Shown: one piece after another, positions 56,563-64,000 of the stretch | How positions within the stretch are numbered: the stretch's first letter is position 1 | How the letters are laid out: each line of letters starts with the position of its first letter | NCBI GenBank assembly: GCA_045863235.1 | Contig: BTUM01000032.1 | Span: forward strand, 15,373-79,372 | DNA from: Candidatus Xenobia bacterium | Lineage (GTDB): Bacteria > Vulcanimicrobiota > Xenobia > Xenobiales > QWHO01 | Reading direction: 5' to 3' | DNA: 64,000 nucleotides | Position numbers and translations under genes: made by a program | Notes under the pieces: model-generated | Databases searched by the model: none | What the model saw: only the letters and a program-made list of their open reading frames with translations | What the model was told of the DNA's origin: nothing

Positions 56563-57573
56563 TCAGACGAAGGTGAACGCCTGGGTGAGTCGACCGCCTT
56601 TCGTATCCGTCCCATCGGCCGCTTTTGCCTGACCGTAGCCGTCAGCTTTGGTACCGTCGTCGATGTAGACCGCGTGCTTGTCGTTCCACGCAACCACGGC
56701 CTCCTGACCCTTCTCGTTGGGGTTCACGTCCCGAATCTTGCTGCCCAGGCCCAGCCACTTCGCCACCTGGCGGGGGTCCTTGCCCTTGCCCAGGCTGGAG
56801 AGGGCTGATTCGAAGTTGCCGCCGTTCTCCTTGGCCGCCTGCTTGCCGATCACGGCATACATCAAGATCGCCATCGACTTGGCTTCACTGGGCTTGCTGC
56901 TCTTGAACTTGGCGTGCTTCGCGGCAGTGGCCAGATCAGCCTTGCTGACCTGAACGCTCCCCCCGTCCTGCAAAGTCACGTTGTATCCGTCGCCCGATTT
57001 GCTGACCGAGTTGAACACCTTGCCTTTGTACTTGTCCATGGCGGCCTTGATGACCGCGATCGAGGCGCAATTGCCTTCCTGGCTCTGGGCGAACTGGTCG
57101 AAGATGTGGTTGAACGATTCCTTACCATCGGCTCCGGTGGGCCCGGCTCCGGCACCGGGAGCTCCGCCGTTCTGGCCTCCACCCGTGTCAGAAATTGCCT
57201 TCTCGAGCATCTGCTCATCTTCCGGGCCCCACTGGCCTTCACCGCCCATCGGGGCAGCGCTCTGAGGCCCGCCGGCTGGAGAGGCGCTCTGGGGTGCGCC
57301 AGCAGGGGACGCGCTCTGAGGCCCGTTCGAGCCGTTGGCCGGGGCCAGCCAGCTCAACATGCTTCCCAGGTTGGGGATCGCGCCGTTGGAAGGCGACTGA
57401 GAGAGGCTCGTGTCGCAGTTCCCGCCGCAGCATCCGGTGCTGCAACCCGACGCGGGCTGGTTGCCCTGCAGTCGGGCCAGGGCCGATCCCAGGCCGGACA
57501 GGTTGAGATTGTTCAGAGCACCCGGGTCGCCGGTCTGGAGAAGGGCCTGAATTTCCCGCACGTCATTGAGCAT
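56563..57573 (-). CDS. Gly/Ser/Pro-rich hypothetical protein with a papain-like Q...GNC motif domain
   Basis: GGAGG SD; FAQSQEGNCASIAVIKAAM...KHAVYID; PQSA[S/A]P repeats. Confidence 0.7.
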   Translation of the reverse strand: MLNDVREIQALLQTGDPGALNNLNLSGLGSALARLQGNQPASGCSTGCCGGNCDTSLSQSPSNGAIPNLGSMLSWLAPANGSNGPQSASPAGAPQSASPAGGPQSAAPMGGEGQWGPEDEQMLEKAISDTGGGQNGGAPGAGAGPTGADGKESFNHIFDQFAQSQEGNCASIAVIKAAMDKYKGKVFNSVSKSGDGYNVTLQDGGSVQVSKADLATAAKHAKFKSSKPSEAKSMAILMYAVIGKQAAKENGGNFESALSSLGKGKDPRQVAKWLGLGSKIRDVNPNEKGQEAVVAWNDKHAVYIDDGTKADGYGQAKAADGTDTKGGRLTQAFTFV

Positions 57574-57687
57574 GTTTGATCCTCCTGGAGCCAGGATAGA
57601 GCAACGGCCAGGCTTCTGACGCGGGCGGAATGTTTCGGTTGTGTTTCCTTTGTGGCCAGCTTGTGAACGATTGCTTCCTAAAGAAAC

Positions 57688-57709
57688 GGGCCCCGGTTGC
57701 CCGGGGCCC
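57688..57709 (-). terminator. Terminator downstream of sulP
   Basis: gggccccgg-ttgc-ccggggccc followed by a T-rich tract on the minus strand. Confidence 0.7.
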
Positions 57710-57737
57710 AGCCCTCACCTGTCCTGGACAGGACGGC

Positions 57738-59132
57738 TCAGTTGCGACTTGCCAGCCCGACGAGCTCGGGAGTTGCCTGCACCGGGTCGGGCAAGCGCCA
57801 CTCGTCCTCGCCCTCGGCCTGCGGGGCGGCCTGGCTCTTACGCCCGAAGCGGCTCAGGACGCCCCAGACGACCAGACCGCTCACGACGCCTACCAGGAAG
57901 TCGACCACCACGACCATGACGGCGGTCACAATCATGACCGTGCGGTCCTTGCTTCCTTCGGCCCACACTTCGCTCACCTCGGCCTTCTTGACCATCCCGG
58001 AGGCAACGAACAGCAGAATTCCGGCCAGGCAGGCCATGGGAACAATCTGCAGCACGCTGGCCAGGTAGGCGGCCATGATCAGCTTCAGTGCGAACTTGAA
58101 GATGCCGGCCAGGGGAGACAGGGCACCCACCTTGATGTTGGTTGCGGTGCGGGCCAGTGCTCCCGTGTGCGGGAACCCGTTGAACAGCACCACCGTGGAG
58201 TTAACCAGGCCCTGTCCCCACAGCTCCTTGTTCGGGTCGAATGGCTGGCCTTTGTTGCCAGCCAGGCGGTCGGCCATGCGCGAGCACAGCAAGCTCTCGA
58301 CGGCGGCCACGAAGACGATGGCAGCCGTGAAGTAAATCAGATCAAAGCTCCACTTGGGCCAGGTCGGAGTGGTCAGCACCAGGAAGTTGGTGGGAATAGC
58401 TCCAAACCGGTCCTGCACCAGCACCAGCCCCTTGCTGGCCCAGGCGGTGGCCGACACCAGGGTGGCCACGCCCAGGGCGATCAGGGGAGCCGGCAGAAAC
58501 GGAGAGACCCGCAGCAAGGTGCGGGTCATGAAGAAGGTGGCCAGGCCGAGAGCGATGGCGAAGAGGTTGAGCTCGCCCAGATTGGCCAGGATACCACTGA
58601 CTTTGGAGAAGAAGGTGGGCCCGAGCTTGGCTTTCAAACCCAGCAACTCACCGATCTGCGAGGTGGCGATCACCACCGCGATGCCGATGGTGAAACCCAC
58701 CACGATGGATTGAGGTACTTTGGCCACGATGCTACCTGCTCGGGCCAGGCCGAGCAGCATCAAGATGACGCCGGCGGCAAGCGAGCAGACGATCAGGGCC
58801 TCATACCCATGTGTGCCTACGATGGCGGCGATCAGGGGAATGAACGCGGCGGTCGGACCGTAGACCTGATATTTGGAGCCTCCGAAAAGGGCCCCGATCA
58901 GGCCGGCCACGGCGCCGCCCACGATACCCTGTTCAGGCCGCAGGCCGCTGGCCATGGCAAAACCCATCGCCAGGGGGATGGCGACCATGGCCACGATCAG
59001 GCCGGCGGTGAAGTCGCGAAAGATGTTCAGGGCGAGAGAGCCGCGCTTGAGGTCTTCAAAGCGGCCATCCCATGGGGTCATGTAATAGAGAAACCGATGA
59101 AAAAGCGAGAGATTCTCGCTGTTGCGACGCAT
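57738..59132 (-). CDS. SulP/SLC26 anion transporter lacking a STAS domain
   Basis: DFTAGLIVAMVAIPLAMGFA, QVYGPT, ESLL, PNKELWGQG, TGALARTATN. Confidence 0.9.
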   Translation of the reverse strand: MRRNSENLSLFHRFLYYMTPWDGRFEDLKRGSLALNIFRDFTAGLIVAMVAIPLAMGFAMASGLRPEQGIVGGAVAGLIGALFGGSKYQVYGPTAAFIPLIAAIVGTHGYEALIVCSLAAGVILMLLGLARAGSIVAKVPQSIVVGFTIGIAVVIATSQIGELLGLKAKLGPTFFSKVSGILANLGELNLFAIALGLATFFMTRTLLRVSPFLPAPLIALGVATLVSATAWASKGLVLVQDRFGAIPTNFLVLTTPTWPKWSFDLIYFTAAIVFVAAVESLLCSRMADRLAGNKGQPFDPNKELWGQGLVNSTVVLFNGFPHTGALARTATNIKVGALSPLAGIFKFALKLIMAAYLASVLQIVPMACLAGILLFVASGMVKKAEVSEVWAEGSKDRTVMIVTAVMVVVVDFLVGVVSGLVVWGVLSRFGRKSQAAPQAEGEDEWRLPDPVQATPELVGLASRN

Positions 59133-59140
59133 GGATAGGG

Positions 59141-59194
59141 GACCTCCGGAAAATGGGCTCAGATGGATGATCTGGCGAGGACTGTGCGGAGGTC
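59141..59194 (-). promoter_or_regulatory. Anti-SD/SD stem predicted to sequester the sulP ribosome-binding site
   Basis: In the mRNA, GACCUCCG (59194-59187) is exactly complementary to CGGAGGUC (59148-59141), which contains the GGAGG SD. Confidence 0.6.
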
Positions 59195-59472
59195 TACGCG
59201 GGCGGGCCGCGACGTGCGATGGGGAGGGTGCGGATACGACTGCGCTTGCAGCCGGGCTCGAGGTCGGGACGCCGATCCGAAGAGGGTGTGGCGAAACGAA
59301 CCAGGCTTGCAGGTGTGGCGGTGGCGGTCATCCGTCCATGCCGCTCGACCAGGTTCTGCTCTTGAACAGCAGTATGGTCGTGAACCAGCTCCTCCACGAG
59401 ACCGGTGGGGAAACCGCCGCAGAGGATCAGCCAGCTCAGGCTCGTCAGGAGTATGAGCGCCGTACGCTTCAC
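59194..59472 (-). CDS. Leader ORF with N-terminal hydrophobic segment and C-terminal RGPPA (candidate arrest peptide)
   Basis: VKRTALILLTSLSWLILCGG...LPIARRGPPA*; TTGCCA-18 nt-TACCCT-6 nt-GTG. Confidence 0.6.
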   Translation of the reverse strand: MKRTALILLTSLSWLILCGGFPTGLVEELVHDHTAVQEQNLVERHGRMTATATPASLVRFATPSSDRRPDLEPGCKRSRIRTLPIARRGPPA

Positions 59473-59618
59473 GCAGACAGGGTAGCAGTAAACCCCCCCC
59501 TCTGGCAACCCAAACAGGGGTCTTTCATGTAAAAAAATCTGCACGTATACACCAGACGACCAGATGCCCGCCTTTCGTTCCGAGCAGGGGATCTTCGGCC
59601 CGGCACGCAGCCCACAGC

Positions 59619-60482
59619 ATGAAGATTGGCGTCGTTTTTCCTCAGCTCGAGATCGGCTCGGACCCGGGAGGATTGCGCGAATATGCCGCTGCCGTCCGGG
59701 AGCTCGGATTCTCGCATATCCTGGCTTTCGACCATGTGCTGGGGGCTGACCCGGCCGGACATCCCGATTTCTCAGGCCCCTACACGGTACAAAGCAGCTT
59801 TCACGAGCCGTTTTCCCTGTTCGGCTATCTGGCCGCCGTGGTCCCTGAGCTCGAGCTGGTCACCGGGGTCATCGTGCTGCCCCAGCGCCAGGCGGTTCTG
59901 GTGGCCAAGCAGGCAGCCGAGGTCGATCTGCTGACCCGGGGTCAATTCCGCTGCGGAGTGGGGCTGGGCTGGAACCGGGTCGAGTTTGAGGCTCTGGGGA
60001 TGTCGTTCGGCAACCGGGCCAGCCGTTTCGAGGAGCAGATCGAAGTGCTGCGCCTCCTCTGGAGCCAGCCCTCAGTGACTTTCGAAGGCCACTATCACCG
60101 CATCCAGGCTGCGGGACTCAACCCCCTGCCCGTGCAGCAACCCATCCCACTCTGGTTCGGAGCCGTAGCCGAGCCAGCTCTGCGTCGGGCTACCCGGCTG
60201 GGTGATGGACTGTTCACTCTGGTCCCGCTGCGCAAGAGCTGGCGCTATACCCTGGAATGCCTGCGCCGGTGGCGCGAGGAGGCCGGCCTGAGCTGGGAGA
60301 GCTTCGGCATCGAATCGCGTCTTCAGGCCGCCCGGGGCGACGCCGACCATTGGCGCTGCAAGGTCGAGGAGTGGAAGGCCCTGGGAGCCAGCCACATGAG
60401 CGTCAACACCATGGGAGCCGGGCGGGAAGGTCCGGGCGAGCAGATCGCCTTCCTCCAGGAGGTGGCTCGAGCCATCCTTTAG
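59619..60482 (+). CDS. LLM-class (F420-dependent-type) oxidoreductase
   Basis: FDHVLG, HEPF, VLPQRQAVLVAKQAAEVD, GVGLGWNRVEF. Confidence 0.9.
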   Translation: MKIGVVFPQLEIGSDPGGLREYAAAVRELGFSHILAFDHVLGADPAGHPDFSGPYTVQSSFHEPFSLFGYLAAVVPELELVTGVIVLPQRQAVLVAKQAAEVDLLTRGQFRCGVGLGWNRVEFEALGMSFGNRASRFEEQIEVLRLLWSQPSVTFEGHYHRIQAAGLNPLPVQQPIPLWFGAVAEPALRRATRLGDGLFTLVPLRKSWRYTLECLRRWREEAGLSWESFGIESRLQAARGDADHWRCKVEEWKALGASHMSVNTMGAGREGPGEQIAFLQEVARAIL

Positions 60483-60516
60483 GGAACTTTCAGCACCTGG
60501 CGCTAGGCTGGAAGGG

Positions 60517-61371
60517 ATGCAAGTGATCCCCACGCGAGCCAACGCCCTGCGTGCTCTCGAATCAAAGCGCAACCAGTTGCTTGTCGAGGACAGGCGAGCC
60601 GAGGCTCATCAGGTCGAGCAAGACCGCCGGCTGATCGCCCGCGCCCCCGGCCAGGACCTTTATCAGATGGCTCAGCTCTCGCAAGAGCGGGCCCGTAGCC
60701 TGCAGAATTCGGTGCTGGCAAAGGATGCCCGGGCTGGCTGGCCCATGGGGCCGATCGGGATGGGGCTGGGCCTGCTGGGAGGCGGACTGGGCGCCGCGGT
60801 GGGCATCGCCCTCGAGAGTTTCCATGCCCCCATCGAAATCGCTCTGCCACTGGGTTTGCTGGCGGTCGGCGGGGGTTTGAGCCTGGCCCTTCTGCCAGAA
60901 CTGGTCTACCAGCGCGGCGAGCGAGCCGCCGAGACCTCCCGGGCCATCGAGCGCAACTTCAGCTACATCCAGTCTTTCACCCCGCCCGAGCAGGGAGCAG
61001 GACAGCTGCCCATGGCCGATTTCTTGCGCCTGGCAGCCCGGCGCGAAGGCGAGTTGCTCAGTGAAGGCCACCCTTTGCGCGCGGCCGACCTCAAGCTCGT
61101 CTCTCAGAGCCTGCAGAGCCTCAACTGCCCCAGCCTCGAAGAGGGCCTGGATGAAGTCTTCCGAAGGGCCCACGACGGGCCCGACGAGAAGCGCTGGGGC
61201 ACCGTCCTGGGCATCGTGCAAGACTCGCCCGATGTGCTCCGTCTGGTGCGATCGATGATCCAGGTGGACAACCTGGTCGGCGGGCTGAACGGGTCGGGTG
61301 GCGCTCTCGAAGTGCGCCCCGACGCCGTGCGCATCGGCTCGGTGGTGCTGCGCCCCAAGGCCGCCGAATAA
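60517..61371 (+). CDS. Two-TM hypothetical protein with C-terminal VRIGSVVL motif
   Basis: 284-aa ORF; TAGGCT 7 nt upstream of the ATG. Confidence 0.7.
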   Translation: MQVIPTRANALRALESKRNQLLVEDRRAEAHQVEQDRRLIARAPGQDLYQMAQLSQERARSLQNSVLAKDARAGWPMGPIGMGLGLLGGGLGAAVGIALESFHAPIEIALPLGLLAVGGGLSLALLPELVYQRGERAAETSRAIERNFSYIQSFTPPEQGAGQLPMADFLRLAARREGELLSEGHPLRAADLKLVSQSLQSLNCPSLEEGLDEVFRRAHDGPDEKRWGTVLGIVQDSPDVLRLVRSMIQVDNLVGGLNGSGGALEVRPDAVRIGSVVLRPKAAE

Positions 61372-61373
61372 AC

Positions 61374-62000
61374 TCAGGCTTTGACCGGCGTTTCCTTCTC
61401 CAGCACCCGCTGCACCGCCGAACGATTCTCCATTCGCTCACGGAACTTCAACAGGTTGGGCCAGCGGCTCAGATCGATTTTGACCAGCTCCGCCCAGATC
61501 ATGATCGTGTAGAGATAAGGGTCGGCGATGCTGTAGTCGCCCATCAAATAGTCGCGGTCGCGCAGCTGGTCGGAGATGGTCGCCCAGCGGAGCTCCAGGC
61601 GCTTGCGGAAGTAGTTGGAGAGCTCTTGCTGCGCGCTCTGCTCCGAGACCATGTTGCTCGAGAAGAAGACCGGGTAGAAATTGCGGTGCAGCTCGGTGGA
61701 GAGAAAGCTGAGCCACTGCATCAGCTCATAACGCTCGACCGTGCCCCACTCGGGAGCCAGTTTCTTCTCAGGCTGAAGATCGGCCAGGTACTGCAGGATG
61801 ACCTGCACCTCCTTGAGCCGCCTTCCAGGCTCGATTTCCAGCACCGGCACGGCTCCAATGGGATTGATGGCCAGGAAATCCTCGGACTGGCCCTCGCCGC
61901 GGCGAAGGTCGATGTGGTGCAGATCGAAGGGGATTGCGAGCTCCTCGAGCACGATGTGGGGAGCGCGAGAACAGGTGATGTTGCAGTAGTAAAGCTTCAT
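61374..62000 (-). CDS. Glutathione S-transferase (beta-class-like)
   Basis: MKLYY...CS, INPIGAVPVL, I..YLAD, WLSF..TELH, YSIAD. Confidence 0.9.
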   Translation of the reverse strand: MKLYYCNITCSRAPHIVLEELAIPFDLHHIDLRRGEGQSEDFLAINPIGAVPVLEIEPGRRLKEVQVILQYLADLQPEKKLAPEWGTVERYELMQWLSFLSTELHRNFYPVFFSSNMVSEQSAQQELSNYFRKRLELRWATISDQLRDRDYLMGDYSIADPYLYTIMIWAELVKIDLSRWPNLLKFRERMENRSAVQRVLEKETPVKA

Positions 62001-62045
62001 GGGGCGCGTTTCCCGATTGAAGGAAAAACTCCTGGTACAACCTGG

Positions 62046-64000
62046 TCAGGCGGGCAGGTGGCTGTGGGGATAACGGCGCCGCAGCACCTGACGGAATGCA
62101 TCCACGAGCAGAGGGTCAAAGTGGCTTCCCCGGCCGTCACGAAGGATCTGCCAAACCTGCTCGACCTCCATTCCCGGCTTGTAGGGGCGGGGGGCGGCCA
62201 GAGCGTCGAAGACGTCGGCCACGGCGATGATGCGCGCGGCCAGGGGAATCTGCTCCGCCTGCAATCCGTCCGGGTAGCCCTTGCCGTCCCAGCGCTCGTG
62301 ATGGCCGCGAATGGCCGGGCAGAGATGGCGCAACGAGGGGATGGGGTGCACCATCTCCTCGCCGTAGACGGGATGCATCTTCATGATCTGGAACTCGTGC
62401 TCGGTCAGTTTGCCCGGCTTGAGCAGGATGCTGGCGGGGATGCGGGTCTTGCCGATGTCGTGCAGCATGCCGGCCCGGCGCACGTCCTGACCGGCCAGAA
62501 AGCCGCCCACCTGGTCGAGCGTCTCCTCGCTCTGGTAGGAGAAGCGCAGGCCCACGTCGCCGATGTCCTTGAGCAGGGCGCCATAGCGCACCTGGCTCAA
62601 GGTGCGCCGATCGGTGACCCCGACCTGATCGGCCAGGTCGACCGCGTACTCGAGCACCCGCGAAGAGTGGTCGAAGGTGAACTCGCCCCCCAGACGCAGC
62701 AGCACGCCCAGGCTGTTCAAGGCGGTCTCCACGTCCATGCTCTCGATCTCTTGCTGGCGGTAGACGCGGCGCAGCACAGAGGTCATGGAATGGCTGACGT
62801 GTCGACTGACCAGAGCGTCGCTGGTGCGCGTGGCCGCCATCAAGTCAAGCTTTCGCAAGGACAATTGGAAGGATTCTCGGCTCACGGCGATGCGCCTGGC
62901 AGGGGAGGAGGGGACCTGAGACTCGCTCTCCTTGCCGGCCGCCTGGAGTTGAGCTTCGGCCTTCTGACGCTGCTCACTATTCGTGCGCGCTTGCTCGCGT
63001 CGATCTGAACCGTCGGAGTCACCGCCTCCACCCGAGGAGCCTCCTGTGTCTCCCCCCTGACCGGGCGCCGATTCGTTGACCCGATCCTGGCGCTGGGGGT
63101 CGTCGCTCTTGGGAACGAGTGTCTGCGATTTGTCGCGCGTGGTCGTGACCGGACGCTCGCGTTCGGGAAGCAGGCGCTCGGCCCTTTCTTCCAGATCGTT
63201 TCGCCGTGAGGATCGGTCGGGGTCGATGGGCGTGACAGCGCTCTCGACCGGCGGGATAGTGGTCCGTCGCTGGCGATGAAGACTTTGGAGCTCGCTCACC
63301 TCGCGCTCGCCTGTGCGGGTAGAGCGATTGGGATCGCTGGGCTCCACCCGTTGCCTGTCCGGCGTGTGCAGGCGAAAATCGCGCGGCGGCTGAGGTGGTG
63401 GTTGCACCCCGCGAGTTGCCGGCGACGGGGCATGCTCGCGCGCGCCCGAGGCAGGCTCGGCTGGACGGGCCAGTTCGCGCTGGCTCGACTGCAAGGGAAA
63501 GTCGGTGCGCACCGGTCCTTGCAGGCCGGGCCGCGGGGGAGCTTCCCCACGCAGCCTGGACTCCAGATTCCGCAGGCGATTCAGCTCCTCGCTCCTGGTT
63601 TCTGTAGGAGACGTATGGTCTTCCGTACGAACTTGAACCGGCTCGAGAGGGGTCGGCTTGGGAACCTGGGCGGAGGGAACACCTGGGCGTGGGACCCCGG
63701 GCTCGTGCAGGACCCGACCGCTCGGCCCCGGCCGTTCGGTCGCTCCTCCTTCGATCTGCCTTCGGGCAGCGGCCTCCCAGCCGCGTACCTCGGGTGCGTG
63801 GATGTGGCCAGGATCACGAGCCGACCCCGGACGAGGCGCGGACTGCTCGGCGCGAGTTGCCTCGCGGGCCGAATCGCGGCCCGGTTCGCGGACCTGTTCG
63901 GGCCTGCTCGAAGCTGAACCGGTGCGAGCCTGCTCGAGACGAGCAGGAGCCGACTCGGTGCGGCCAGGCTCGCGGGCCTGCTCGAGGCGAGCCGCCTCGC
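62046..64000 (-). CDS. HD-GYP phosphodiesterase with a long disordered N-terminus (5' end beyond the window)
   Basis: HDIGK, KPGKLT, HHERWDGKGYPDGL, RPYK; manual translation shows the frame open from the window edge to 62046. Confidence 0.9.
   Translation of the reverse strand, partial: EAARLEQAREPGRTESAPARLEQARTGSASSRPEQVREPGRDSAREATRAEQSAPRPGSARDPGHIHAPEVRGWEAAARRQIEGGATERPGPSGRVLHEPGVPRPGVPSAQVPKPTPLEPVQVRTEDHTSPTETRSEELNRLRNLESRLRGEAPPRPGLQGPVRTDFPLQSSQRELARPAEPASGAREHAPSPATRGVQPPPQPPRDFRLHTPDRQRVEPSDPNRSTRTGEREVSELQSLHRQRRTTIPPVESAVTPIDPDRSSRRNDLEERAERLLPERERPVTTTRDKSQTLVPKSDDPQRQDRVNESAPGQGGDTGGSSGGGGDSDGSDRREQARTNSEQRQKAEAQLQAAGKESESQVPSSPARRIAVSRESFQLSLRKLDLMAATRTSDALVSRHVSHSMTSVLRRVYRQQEIESMDVETALNSLGVLLRLGGEFTFDHSSRVLEYAVDLADQVGVTDRRTLSQVRYGALLKDIGDVGLRFSYQSEETLDQVGGFLAGQDVRRAGMLHDIGKTRIPASILLKPGKLTEHEFQIMKMHPVYGEEMVHPIPSLRHLCPAIRGHHERWDGKGYPDGLQAEQIPLAARIIAVADVFDALAAPRPYKPGMEVEQVWQILRDGRGSHFDPLLVDAFRQVLRRRYPHSHLPA

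Noticed and set aside
54962..57600. tRNA-Gln as an integration site for an island
   Set aside because: No integrase and no duplicated tRNA 3' end seen in the window; composition looks like the rest.
57661..57678. Possible Rex operator (TTGTGAA half-site)
   Set aside because: The matching TTCACAA half-site is absent.

Overview
A GC-rich bacterial chromosomal segment, mostly housekeeping and metabolic genes: GMC dehydrogenase subunits, leuB-like/hbd/crt/thiolase/moeA, tatA-like/tatC/tatA, rex, folD-like, leuS, lnt, pcrA, prs/glmU, hppD, tRNA-Gln(TTG), SulP, LLM oxidoreductase, GST and HD-GYP. Many lineage-specific hypothetical proteins are interspersed. The overall style suggests Ca. Eremiobacterota/Vulcanimicrobiota, but this is an unverified inference. 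I saw no transposase, integrase, prophage or CRISPR array. Main candidates for undescribed biology: (1) an intact, translationally coupled pheS/pheT-like pair whose aminoacylation motifs are eroded while the tRNA-binding and editing domains are kept (a pseudo-PheRS); (2) a leader ORF ending in RGPPA plus an 8-bp anti-SD/SD stem upstream of a STAS-less SulP, the layout of a ribosome-arrest regulator; (3) dispersed proteins without Sec signals that share an N-terminal FlgM-like D-x-V/A-x-L motif and/or a C-terminal V-x-I/V-G-G/S-V motif, several of them next to an 11-bp-period TTTCAGG direct repeat, suggesting an unconventional export regulon; (4) a coupled pair of an intact and a degenerate Hsp90/GHKL protein. 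All family calls come from reading motifs by eye; no database search was run.
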